DNA from: Eledone cirrhosa
Lineage: Eukaryota
Assembly: GCA_964016885.1 (NCBI GenBank)
Contig: OZ024760.1
Span: 17,484,001 to 17,548,000 of the forward strand
DNA: 64,000 nucleotides
Direction of reading: 5' to 3'
The translations under genes were made by a program, and so were the position numbers. This document shows positions 50,943 to 63,900 of this stretch, in pieces. The notes under the pieces are model-generated. The model was not told the origin of the DNA and ran no database searches. It was given only the letters and a program-made list of their open reading frames with translations. Each line of letters starts with the position of its first letter. Position 1 is the first letter of the stretch.

Positions 50943-51214
50943 ATGCTTTAATGGTATTCGTTCCGGCTCTCTGCCCTTTCAGTTCAAAACCTTTCGAGGT
51001 CGATAAAAAAGTACCAGTCTTGTACTGGATCGATTCTTCCTCTATACCTCTTTCTCATTTCCTCTCTCTCGCTCTCTATCTTTCTCTGCAAGAAATCTGC
51101 TGTGTTCAGACTTGGAGAGGAATGGGTTCCGCCAGGCTTAAAAAGGCCCAAAGAATGTCATATGTCAATACGGCGCCCCTTCGACTCTATCAGGAGTTAC
51201 GGGACAATACCATA

Positions 51215-51405
51215 GTACCACTTAACTCATCGGAGAGTGATCTCCAACATACACTGGATATGTCTCAATCTTTTCAGCATTGATTTTCCCTCCTGCCGTG
51301 CAACACTCAACAGTTACCATATCCAGTGCATGTCAGAGATCACCTTCCTACCAGTTAAGTAGCGCCATGTCGTCTGCAAATACTAAATGTTATAATTTCT
51401 TTTCA
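51215..51405 (-). mobile_element. LINE reverse-transcriptase fragment
   Basis: Minus-strand HLVFADDMALL. Confidence 0.6.
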
Positions 51406-52195
51406 TCTAAGCTTGTTTTGAAACAGCCAGAGAAGTTTGAAATTTAGTAGAAATAGAAGCTTTCGTCGTATTTTTAACTAAAGAAATTTTAACCTGATAG
51501 TGGGGTTTAGAACCCTCTAAAAAAACAAAGGATGAGTATTGACGTTACTCATTTTTGAGATGGGCTCCACCAGGCTTAAAAATGTCCAAGAAATGCCGTA
51601 TCAGAAGTTATAGGGCCATACTATACATACATAGTCAATATATAACGGTGGGTAAACTTTGTCCAGAAACCTTATCCTTTCGACTTTATTAAACATATTA
51701 AACAATTTAGTAATATTAGGACATTAATAATTTAGTAATATTAGGACATTAATAATTTTAGTTACAAATATATTTATCTATCTATCTATCTATATCTGTA
51801 GGTTGAGGAAAAGGAGGAGGAGAGGAAAGGAGTACAAACTCTTCGTACTCCTGGAGATAAGGGTTGCACATTTTTTCGGGGGTATGTGTTACCCATATGA
51901 ACTGTCTCCCCTATTGGGGAAAATCGACTAACTTTTTAAATTCCATTTGTGATAACATTTTACACGTTTTTATTGTATGTAAACTTCCCCCTTTGTATTT
52001 GTCCCCTTCTTTTGTGCCCCTGTGGCTAATAAAGCAACATATCTATCTATCTATCTATAAATATATGTATGTATATATTTCTAATCTGGATAGATAAGCT
52101 GTTTGTTATGAAGTAACGGTGCATAAATATTCTCTTTTTCCATCGATTTTTAAAAAAAGAAATGTTCACACCTGCAGGCCAGCTGACCTCTATGA

Positions 52196-52227
<32 letters not shown>

Positions 52228-53541
52228 TACTACTACACACACAGACACATACATCACCACATACACACACTACTACTACTACACACACATATGACCACAC
52301 ACACACACGTTTTCTGTCTCCAGTAACAATGTGTGTAGACTAGATTGGATATTTTATAAGAATGTTCCACCAAACAACCATCCATCCAACAATCAACCCC
52401 ACCATCCACCCAACTAACCATCCAACAATCAACCCCACCATCCACCCAACTAACCATCCAACAATCAACCCCACCACCCAGCCAACTAACCATCAAACAA
52501 TCAACCCACCATCCACCCAACTAATCATCTAACCTCCCACCCAACCATCCGCCAAAGCATCAACCCAACCTTCCACCCAACCCAAAATCCACCCAACAAG
52601 AAATCCACCTAACTACCCAACCATCCATCCATCAACCCAACCATCCACCAAACCATATACCCAACCATCCAACCATCTACCCACCCGTATTCTACCCACC
52701 CCACCAACCATCTACCCACCCTTCCAACCACATCTGAAGAATGTCCAAGGACAGAGAGACCAATGTTTGAGTAACGGAATGCTGTAAGCTGAAAAAGGTC
52801 AATTGTAATCTTTAGCCTTTCTAAACCTGCTCCAGAATTAGGCGTGACATAAGCGGCTTACAGTCTACTATCTTCCTGCCCACCTTTCTAATCACAAACA
52901 CACTCCTGTGTAACTATAATACATTGCTGTGTGTCTGTGTGTGTGATAAAACATGCCTCCACTCTGATGGTGATTCCAATATTACAATAACGACCGTTAT
53001 ATGTGTCATACAGAAAAAAACATAATATATATATATATATATAACGAAGGAAATGTGGTAAGGAACCAGGTGGACCATAACGCACCAAGGTACTCAATAC
53101 TTAGGGTAGTAGAGTGGGTAATAGGAACGAGTAGGACCCCGACGGCTGAGCTCAAGCCGTTTTGACGGCTAATTCTGGACTAGTCCAGAATTAGCCGTCG
53201 AAACGGCTTGAGCTCAGCCGTCGGGGTCCTACTCGTTCCTATATATATATATATATTATTTTGGTTAAGAGAGTGGGACTGGCTTTGTGCAGTGCCTTTG
53301 CTCACTATAAAAGCTTCACGGCACAGTCATTGCTTTGTATCTGGAGATCTCTCTGCACTTGTCATCACATGGTACCATGGGCCCAGCACTATGTGTCAGT
53401 AATTGTCACAAGTGTAGTGTTTGTACCAGAGTTTTCAAGTCGCTGGCTGGACTAAAAAGTCACACTCGTTCAGCGCAACGGTAGGGGTTCTCCTACATGG
53501 ATATAAAGTAGTGACTGTACTCGAAAACGAGTTGGCAGCCA

Positions 53542-53608
<67 letters not shown>

Positions 53609-54175
53609 AAAATATTCGCTCTACATGGCTGAATACAATAAATGTAATCTGAGTTTTTCGAATATTAATAATTGTTTCTACTTTAGGCACAAGGCCAGCA
53701 ATTATCCAGTGCATTACTGGTACTTTATTTTATCGACCCCGTAAGGATGAAAGGCAAAGTCAACCTCGGCGGGATTTGAACTCAGATCGTAAAGGGACGT
53801 AACTATGCTGGAAAGCATGGCGTCCGACCCTCTACCGATACTGCCAATCCACAACATTCGATTCGTTTGCAATTATGCAAACAAGCCTCAATTTTACAGC
53901 CATGTCAGTAGAATGAACTCTTCATTCTTGCTCTTGTGTTGGCATGTTCATATGGTTAGGGCGGTGGATTGGCAGTATCGGTAGAGAGTCGGACGCCATG
54001 CTTTCCAGCATATTTACGTCCCTTTACGGTCTGAGTTCAAATCCTGCTGAGGTTAACTTTGCCTTTCATCCTTACGGGGTCGATAAAATAAAGTACCAGT
54101 AATGTACTGGGTAATTGCTGGCCTGGTGCCAAAAGTAGAAACAATTATTAATATTCGAAAAACTCAGATTACATT

Positions 54176-54283
<108 letters not shown>

Positions 54284-54322
54284 ATATTAAATAAATGGAA
54301 ACTATATTTATAAAACCATATT

Positions 54323-54387
54323 TATTTTATTATATATATTTCAAGGGTAACCAAGACAACATTGGTAAGCTTTCATCAGATAAAATA
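54323..54387 (-). ncRNA. Type I hammerhead ribozyme
   Basis: UAUUUUAU-CUGAUGA-AAG..ACCAA/UUGGU..CUU-GAAA-UAUAUA-UA-AUAAAAUA; 8-bp stem I. Confidence 0.75.
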
Positions 54388-54538
54388 CAAAGTTTGTTTT
54401 ATAAATAGAGACATACCCATGAAAATCATACCTTATCGGTTGGAAATTCACTGGATAGTCAGTAAATTGTTGAGTGCTCTAAATCAGTTATAAACATTTA
54501 TGTTTGTTGGACTTCCAACAAATTAAATACCACTTCTA

Positions 54539-54589
<51 letters not shown>

Positions 54590-54635
54590 AGGAAATGCGG
54601 GTTCGTTTCAGATGTTAAAGTCATTTATTGGTAAT

Positions 54636-54710
54636 GCTGTGATACATATTTCAATGACGACAGTGGCCACACGATTCCGTGTACCTAGTGCCGTGACATC
54701 ATCAGACAGC
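54636..54710 (-). ncRNA. Type I hammerhead ribozyme
   Basis: GCUGU-CUGAUGA-long stem II (ACGGCA/UGUCGU, UACACG/CGUGUG; imperfect base)-GAAA-UAUGUA-UC-ACAGC. Confidence 0.75.
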
Positions 54711-54895
54711 TTCTTATACAATAAGGTTACGTTCCCAAGGTAATCCAAACAGAAACAATAAGGGAACGGACAAGGCGTTTGTTCTTGAATTGCCTGCCCG
54801 TTCCCCTGTATATATGGGAAAGTAAATAACAACAACACATGAGTACAGGTACGAAAGGTATTAGGTTCACGCTTGAAAGTGGGGAGGTGGGGGTG

Positions 54896-54925
54896 CGACG
54901 TTTCGGGCATAAGCCCTTCATCAGG
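54896..54925 (-). ncRNA. Minimal Penelope-type hammerhead motif
   Basis: C-CUGAUGA-A-GGGC-UUAU-GCCC-GAAA-CG-UC-G; core intact, stem I weak. Confidence 0.65.
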
Positions 54926-55739
54926 AGAATGGTGGGAAGGAGTGGAACTCCGAGGTGTGAGTGGTGGTGGTGGTGGTGGGGGGGGGGGGGGAGTTGGTGG
55001 AAAAAAAAATTTAAATAAAAGGAAAAAAATTAAAATAACACATGAGTGGGAAAATAAGTTGAAAACAAATGTTGAAAAGGTGTCAGACGTGTAGAGGTGG
55101 TGCGTCCAGAAATAACTGTCGAAACGGCTTCAGCTCTGCCGTCGGGATCCCCTACTCTTTTCCTGTTACCCACTCTACTACCCATAGTATCGAGTACTCT
55201 GGTGCATTATGGTCCACCTGGTTCCTTACCACACTTCCTTCGTTATATATATTAGATATATATATTTAATTAGAAAGTGAACAATACAAAATATAACTAC
55301 TCCATTAACAAAGGTTTCTGATTCCTGGATCGTTCATCTAACAGAGATGTGATATCACATGTGATATAACATGTGATATAACATCTCTGTCAGATGAAAG
55401 ATCCAGACGTATATTAATATTGTCTGGGATACAGAAACCTTTGGTAATGCAGTAGTTATATTTTGTGTTGTTCACTTTCTAATTAAATAGCTCTGTTCAA
55501 TACATAGAGCACTCTTTTTCCTTTGCTTTTTCTTCGGAATTACCTAACATATATACATATATATAAATGAGAAAGTTCATCTCTAAAACAGCCGTTAAAA
55601 AAATCTAAATGCTGCCAATGACAGCGGTGGGCAAACATGCCTCAGGGGACAGAGACCAGAAGCCAACAGAGAGACAATCCACAAGGTGGGTGACAGGCAG
55701 ATAACATATAGAAAATATTGAAAAAGGAGAAGTGTGTTG

Positions 55740-55810
<71 letters not shown>

Positions 55811-55838
55811 TGTATATATAGTGTATTTTGCAATATGA

Positions 55839-55931
55839 TTTTCAGCAAACAGGTGGAGTACTTAGCTTTGATAAGTACCAAAAAGTACGAAACAGAGCTC
55901 TGTCAGCTTTATCTCCCCTGTTTGCTGAAAA
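55839..55931 (+). ncRNA. Type I hammerhead ribozyme with U3-A8 core variant and extended stem I
   Basis: AGCU-UUGAUAA-GUAC-CAAAAA-GUAC-GAAA-CAGAGCUCUG-UC-AGCU, enclosed by UUUUCAGCAAACAGG/CCUGUUUGCUGAAAA. Confidence 0.8.
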
Positions 55932-56168
55932 AGTAAAGTAAGTGAGACTGTCACTACTCTAAAACAATAGCGTAAGGTCTTCTAAATGCTTTTAATTAAG
56001 CATACAGTGTATTGCAAAAGACACTATATATACATTCATATATATATCGCTATTTCAGAGCACCAATTAACTTTGCCTTTCATCCTTACGGGGTCGATAA
56101 AATAAAGTACCAGTAATGTACTGGGTAATTGCTGGCCTTGTGCCAAAAGTAGAAACAATTATTTTAAA

Positions 56169-56209
<41 letters not shown>

Positions 56210-56690
56210 GAGGGAAGTGTGGTTAGGAACCAGGTGTGCCATAACGCACCAGAGTACTTAATACTTAAGGTAGTAGAGTGGGTAATAGGAACATTTTCAA
56301 GACCCCGACAGCAGAGCTCAAGCTGTTTCGACAGCTATTTCTGGACCAGAAATAGGCGTCGAAAACGGCTTGAGCTCTGCTGTCGGGGTCTTGAACATAT
56401 ATATATATATTATATTATATTATGTATTTGACACCAATATACATAACATTTCAATGAAAAGAGACCTCTAAAACGAATCTTGTTCAGAGAAGCAAATAAA
56501 TACAGAACATCTTTTACAAAATCACTGAGGGGTAGATCCTAATAATGTAATCTAAAAAGAACATTCCATAGGCATCTTTCCCCAGGGACATAGTCTTAGT
56601 TAAGTAACCTAAAGTTGGGAGGAATGATGCTTGTGAAGTTTTCTCTTTAGATTACCTTACTGTGATCAACCCTCAGTGATTTTGTATACG

Positions 56691-56764
<74 letters not shown>

Positions 56765-56807
56765 CGTATACAAAATCACTGAGGGCTGATCACAGTAAGG
56801 TAATCTA

Positions 56808-57930
56808 GGAATTCTATGAATTTTATGAAATTCATGAATTTTAGGAATTTTTTGAACTTCTTGAATTCTAGGAATTTTAGGAATTTTTTGAATTTCTTGG
56901 AATTTTATGAATTTTTAGGAATTTTATGAATTTTATGAATTTTATGAATTTTAGGAATTTTAGGAATTTTAGGAATCTTAGAAATTTTATGAACTTTTTG
57001 AATTTTAGGAATTTTATTAATTTTATGAATTTTTGGAATTTGAGGAATTTTAGGAATTTTATGAATTTTAGGAATTTTACGAATTTTAGGAATTTTAGGA
57101 ATCTTAGGAATTTTAGGAATTTTATGAATTTTATGAAATTTAAGAATCTTAGGAATTTTTTGAATTTTTTGAATTTTAGGAATTTTAGGAATTTTTCCGA
57201 ATTTTCGTAATTTTATGAATTTTTAGGAATTTTATGAATTTTAGGAATTTTAGGAATTTTTGGAATTTTATGAATTTTATGAATTTTAGAAATGTTATTA
57301 ATTTTAGGAATTTTAGGAATTTTAGGAATTTTAGGAATTTTCTGAATTTTATGAATTATATAAATTTTATGAATTTTAGGAATCTTAGGAATTTTAGGAA
57401 TTTTATGAATTTTATGAATTTTATGAATTTTAAGAATTTTATGAATTTTAGGAATTTTTGGAATTTTATGAATTTTATGAATTTTAGAAATGTTATGAAT
57501 TTTAGGAATTTTAGGAATTTTATGAATTTTAGGAATTTTAAGAATTTTAGGAATTTTAGGAATTTTATGAAATTTAGGAATTTTAAGAATTTTAGGAATT
57601 TTAGGAATTTTTTTGAATTATTTGAATTTTATGAATTTTTAGGAATTTTATGAATTTTATGAATTATATAAATTTTAGGAATTTTAGGAATCTTAGGAAT
57701 TTTAGGAATTCTATGAATTTTATGAAATTCAAGAATTTTAGGAATTTTTTGAACTTTTTGAATTTCAGGAATTTTAGGAATTTTTTGAATTTCTTGGAAT
57801 TTTATGAATTTTTAGGAATTTTATGAATTTTATGAATTTTAGGAATTTTAGGAATTTTAGGAATCTTAGGAATTTTATGAACTTTTTGAATTTTAGGAAT
57901 TTTATTAATTTTATGAATTTTTGGAATTTT
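56808..57930. repeat. 9-bp satellite (GAATTTTAG/GAATTTTAT)
   Basis: About 120 units read directly. Confidence 0.95.
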
Positions 57931-60900
57931 TGTAAAAAATTTTTGGAAAATTTGTAAAAAAATCAAAGGGAGATAATTTCCAGCCGTCCAAAGAGAGATA
58001 ATTTCTAGCCGTCCAAGGGGAGATAATTTCCAGCCAAGGGGAGATAATTTCCAGCCGTCCAAGGGGAGATAATTTTTTAAAAAATCAGGTGGAGATAATT
58101 TGTAAAAAAAATCAGGGGGAGATAATTTGTAAAAACAAAATCAAGGGCAGATAATTTCCAGCTGTCCAAGGGGAGATAATTTCCAGCCGTGCAAGGGGAG
58201 ATAATTTCCAGCCGTCCAAGGGGAGATAATTTCCATCCTTCCAAGGGGAGATAATTTCCAGCCGTCCAAGGGGAGATAATTTCCCGCCAGCCAAGGGAAG
58301 ATAATTTTTAAAAAAATCAGGCGGAGATTATAAAAAAAATCAGGGGGAGATAATTTGTAAAAAAATCAGGGGAGATAATTTGTAAAAAAAAAAATCAGGG
58401 GGAGATAATTTGTAAAAAAAAATCAGGGGGTGATAATTTGTAAAAAAAAATCAGGGGGAGATAATTTGTAAAAAAAAATCAGGGGGAGATAATTTGTAAA
58501 AAAAATCAAGGAGAGATAATTTCCAGCCGTCCAAGGGAAGATAATTTCCAGCCCTCCAAGTGGCTATAATTTCCAGTGTCCAAGGGGAGATAATTTCCAG
58601 CCAGCGAAGGGGAGATAATTTTTTTTAAAAAATCAGGGGGAGATTTGTAAAAAAAATCAGGGGGAGATAATTTGTAAAAAAAATCAAAGGGAGATAATTT
58701 CCAGCCGTCCAAAGAGAGATAATTTCTAGCCGTCCAAGGGGAGATAATTTCGAGCCAAGGGGAGATAATTTCCAGCCGTCCAAGGGGAGATAATTTTTTA
58801 AAAAATCAGGTGGAGATAATTTGTAAAAAAAATCAGGGGGAGATAATTTGTAAAAACAAAATCAAGGGCAGATAATTTCCAGCTGTCCAAGGGGAGATAA
58901 TTTCCATCCGTGCAAGGGGAGATAATTTCCAGCCTTCCAAGGGGAGATAATTTCCATCCTTCCAAGGGGAGATAATTTCCAGCCGTCCAAGGGGAGATAA
59001 TTTCCCGCCAGCCAAGGGAAGATAATTTTTTAAAAAATCAGGCGGAGATTGTAAAAAAAATCAGGGGGAGGTAATTTGTAAAAAAAAATCAGGGGGAGAT
59101 AATTTGTAAAAAAAATCAGGGGTAGATAATTTGTAAAAAAAATCAGGGGGAGATAATTTGTAAAAAAAAATCAGGGGGAGATAATTTGTAAAAAAAATCA
59201 AGGGGAGATAATTTGCAGCCGTCCAAGGGGAGATAATTTTCAGCCGTCCAAGGAGAGGTAATTTCTAGCCGTCCAAGGGGAGATAATTTCCAGCCGTCCA
59301 AGGGGAGATAATTTCCAGCCGTCCAAGGGGAGATAATTTTTTTAAAAAAATCAGGCGGAGATAATTTGTAAAAAAAAAATCAGGGGGAGATAATTTGTAA
59401 AAAAAAATCAGGGGGAGATAATTTGTAAAAAAAAATCAGGGGGAGATAATTTGTAAAAAAAATCAAGGGGAGATAATTTCCAGCCGTCCAAGGGAAGATA
59501 ATTTCCAGCCCTCCAAGGGGCTATAATTTCCAGCGTCCAAGGGGAGATAATTTCCAGCTAGCGAAGGGGAGATAATTTTTTTTAAAAAATCATTGGGAGA
59601 TTTGTAAAAAAAATCAGGGGGAGATAATTTGTAAAAAAAAATCAAGGGGAGATAATTTCCAACCGTCCAAGGGGAGGTAATATCTAGCCGTCCAAGGGGA
59701 GATAATTTCCAGCCGTCCAAGGGGAGATAATTTCCAGCCGTCCAAGGGTAGATAATATCCAGCCGTCCAAGGAGACATATTTTCCAGCCGTCCAAGGAGA
59801 GGTAATTTCTAGCCGTCCAAAGGGAGATAAATTCCAGCCTCCAAGGGGAGATAATTTCCAGCCAGCCAAGGGGAGATAATTTGTAAAAAAATCAGGGGGA
59901 GATAATTTGTAAAAAAAATCAGGGGGAGATAATTTGTAAAAAAAATCAGGGGGAGATAATTTGTAAAAAAAATCAGGGGGAGATAATTTGTAAAAAAAAA
60001 TAAGGGGGAGATAATTTGTAAAAAAAATCAAGGGGAGATAATTTCCAGCCGTCCAAGGGGAGATAATTTTCTGCCGTCCAAGGGGAGATAATTTCCCGCC
60101 AGCCAAGGGAAGATAATATTTAAAAAAATCAGGCGGAGATAATTTGTAAAAAAAATCAGGGGGAGATAATTTGTAAAAAAATCAGGGGGAGATAATTTGT
60201 AAAAAAAAATCAGGGGTAGTTAATTTGTAAAAAAAAATAAGGGGGAGATAATTTGTAAAAAAAAATCAGAGGGAGATAATTTGTAAAAAAAATCAAGGGG
60301 AGATAATTTGTAAAAAAAATCAAGGGGAGATAATTTCCAGCCGTCCAAGGGGAGATAATTTTTTTAAAAAAATCAGGCGGAGATAATTTGTAAAAAAAAT
60401 CAGGGGGAGATAATTTGTAAAAAAAAATCAGGGGGAGATAATTTGTAAAAAAAAATCAGGGGGAGATAATTTGTAAAAAAAAATCAGGGGGAGATAATTT
60501 GTAAAAAAAATCAAGGGGAGATAATTTCCAGCCGTCCAAGGGGAGATAATTTTCAGCCGTCCAAGGGGAGATAATTTCCCGCCAGCCAAGGGAAGATAAT
60601 ATTTAAAAAAATCAGGATGATAATTTGTAAAAAAAATCAGGGGGAGATAATTTGTAAAAAAATCAGGGGGAGATAATTTGTAAAAAAAAATCAGGGGTAG
60701 ATAATTTGTAAAAAAAAATCAGGGGGAGATAATTTGTAAAAAAAAATCAGGGGGAGATAATTTGTAAAAAAAATCAAGGGGAGATAATTTGTAAAAAAAA
60801 TCAAGGGGAGATAATTTCCAGCCGTCCAAGGGGAGATAATTTTCAGCCGTCCAAGGAGAGGTAATTTCAAGCCGTCCAAGGGGAGATAATTTCCAGCCGT

Positions 60901-63900
60901 CCAAGGGGAGATAATTTCCAGCCGTCCAAGGGGAGATAATTTCCAGCCGTCCAAGGGTAGATAAAATCCAGCCGTCCAAGGAGACATATTTGCCAGCCGT
61001 CCAAGGAGAGGTAATTTCTAGCCGTCCAAAGGGAGATAAATTCCAGCCTCCAAGGGGAGATAATTTCCAGCCAGCCAAGGGGAGATAATTTGTAAAAAAA
61101 TCAGGGGGAGATAATTTGTAAAAAAAATGTGGGGGAGATAATTTGTAAAAAAAAATCAGGGGGAGATAATTTGTAAAAAAAAATCAGGGGGAGATAATTT
61201 GTAAAAAAAAATCAGGGGGAGATAATTTGTAAAAAAAATTAAGGGGAGATAATTTCCAGCCGTCCAAGGGGAGATAATTTTCAGCCGTCCAAGGGGAGAT
61301 AATTTCCCGCCAGCCAAGGGAAGATAATATTTAAAAAAATCAGGCGGAGATAATTTGTAAAAAAAATCAGGGGGAGATAATTTGTAAAAAAATCAGGGGG
61401 AGATAATTTGTAAAAAAAATCAGGGGTAGATAATTTGTAAAAAAAAATAAGGGGGAGATAATTTGTAAAAAAAAATCAGGGGGAGATAATTTGTAAAAAA
61501 AATCAAGGGGAGATAATTTGTAAAAAAAATCAAGGGGAGATAATTTCCAGCCGTCCAAGGGGAGATACTTTTCAGCCGTCCAAGGAGAGGTAATTTCAAG
61601 CCGTCCAAGGGGAGATAATTTCCAGCCGTCCAAGGGGAGATAATTTCCAGCCGTCCAAGGGGAGATAATATCCAGCCGTCCAAGGAGACATATTTGCCAG
61701 CCGTCCAAGGAGAGGTAATTTCTAGCCGTCCAAAGGGAGATAAATTCCAGCCTCCAAGGGGAGATAATTTCCAGCCAGCCAAGGGGAGATAATTTGTAAA
61801 AAAATCAGGGGGAGATAATTTGTAAAAAAAATCAGGGGGAGATAATTTGTAAAAAAAAATCAGGGGGAGATAATTTGTAAAAAAAAATCAGGGGTAGATA
61901 ATTTGTAAAAAAAAATCAGGGGGAGATAATTTGTATAAAAAAATCAGGGGGAGATAATTTGTAAAAAAAATCAAGGGGAGATAATTTGTAAAAAAAATCA
62001 AGGGGAGATAATTTGTAAAAAAAATCAAAGGGAGATAATTTCCAGCCGTCCAAAGAGAGATAATTTCTAGCCGTCCAAGGGGAGATAATTTCGAGCCAAG
62101 GGGAGATAATTTCCAGCCGTCCAAGGGGAGATAATTTTTTAAAAAATCAGGTGGAGATAATTTGTAAAAAAAATCAGGGGGAGATAATTTGTAAAAACAA
62201 AATCAAGGGCAGATAATTTCCAGCTGTCCAAGGGGAGATAATTTCCAGCCGTGCAAGGGGAGATAATTTCCAGCCGTCCAAGGGGAGATAATTTCCATCC
62301 TTCCAAGGGGAGATAATTTCCAGCCGTCCAAGGGGAGATAATTTCCCGCCAGCCAAGGGAAGATAATTTTTTAAAAAATCTGGCGGAGATTGTAAAAAAA
62401 ATCAGGGGGAGGTAATTTGTAAAAAAAAATCAGGGGGAGATAATTTGTAAAAAAAATCAGGGGTAGATAATTTGTAAAAAAAATCAGGGGGAGATAATTT
62501 GTAAAAAAAAATCAGGGGGAGATAATTTGTAAAAAAAATCAAGGGGAGATAATTTGCAGCCGTCCGAGGGGAGATAATTTTCAGCCGTCCAAGGAGAGGT
62601 AATTTCTAGCCGTCCAAGGGGAGATAATTTCCAGCCGTCCAAGGGGAGATAATTTCCAGCCGTCCAAGGGGAGATAATTTTTTTAAAAAAATCAGGGAGA
62701 TAATTTGTAAAAAAAAAATCAGGGGGAGATAATTTGTAAAAAAAAATCAGGGTGAGATAATTTGTAAAAAAAAATCAGGGGGAGATAATTTGTAAAAAAA
62801 ATCAAGGGGAGATAATTTCCAGCCGTCCAAGGGAAGATAATTTCCAGCCCTTCAAGGGGCTATAATTTCCAGCGTCCAAGGGGAGATAATTTCCAGCCAG
62901 CGAAGGGGAGATAATTCTTTTTAAGAATTCATTGGGAGATTTGTAAAAAAAATCAGGGGGAGATAATTTGTAAAAAAAATCAAGGGGAGATAATTTCCAG
63001 CCGTCCAAGGGGAGGTAATATCTAGCCGTCCAAGGGGAGATAATTTCGAGCCGTGCAAGGGGAGATCATTTCCAGCCGTCCAAGTGTAGATAATATCCAG
63101 CCGTCCAAGGAGACATATTTTCCAGCCGTCCAAGGAGAGGTAATTTCTAGCCGTCCAAAGGGAGATAAATTCCAGCCTCCAAGGGGAGATAATTTCCAGC
63201 CAGCCAAGGGTAGATAATTTGTAAAAAGATCAGGGGGAGATAATCTGTAAAAAAAATCAGGGGGAGATAATTTGTAAAAAAAAATCAGGGGGAGATAATT
63301 TATAAAAAAAAATCAGGGGGAGATAATTTGTAAAAAAAAATCAGGGGGAGATAATTTGTAAAAAAAATCAAGGGGAGATAATTTCCAGCCGTCCAAGGGG
63401 AGATAATTTTCAGCCGTCCAAGGGGAGATAATTTCCCGCCAGCCAAGGGAAGACAATATTTTAAAAAATCAGGCGGAGATAATTTGTAAAAAAAATCAGG
63501 GGGAGATAATTTGTAAAAAAATCAGGGGGAGATAATTTGTAAAAAAAATCAGGGGTAGATAATTTGTAAAAAAAAATAAGGGGGAGATAATTTGTAAAAA
63601 AAAATCAGGGGGAGATAATTTGTAAAAAAAATCAAGGGGAGATAATTTGTAAAAAAAATCAAGGGGAGATAATTTCCAGCCGTCCAAGGGAAGATAATTT
63701 TTTAAAAAATCAGGCGGAGATTGTAAAAAAAATCAGGGGGAGGTAATTTGTAAAAAAAAATCAGGGGGAGATAATTTGTAAAAAAAATCAGGGGTAGATA
63801 ATTTGTAAAAAAAATCAGGGGGAGATAATTTGTAAAAAAAAATCAGGGGGAGATAATTTGTAAAAAAAATCAAGGGGAGATAATTTGCAGCCGTCCAAGG

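Noticed and set aside
56808-57930. Telomeric repeat
   Set aside because: Unit is 9 bp GAATTTTAG/T, not TTAGGG, and is interstitial
57802-63687. Repetitive ORFs (WTAGNYLPL, NFRNFM types)
   Set aside because: Satellite translations with frequent homopolymer frameshifts
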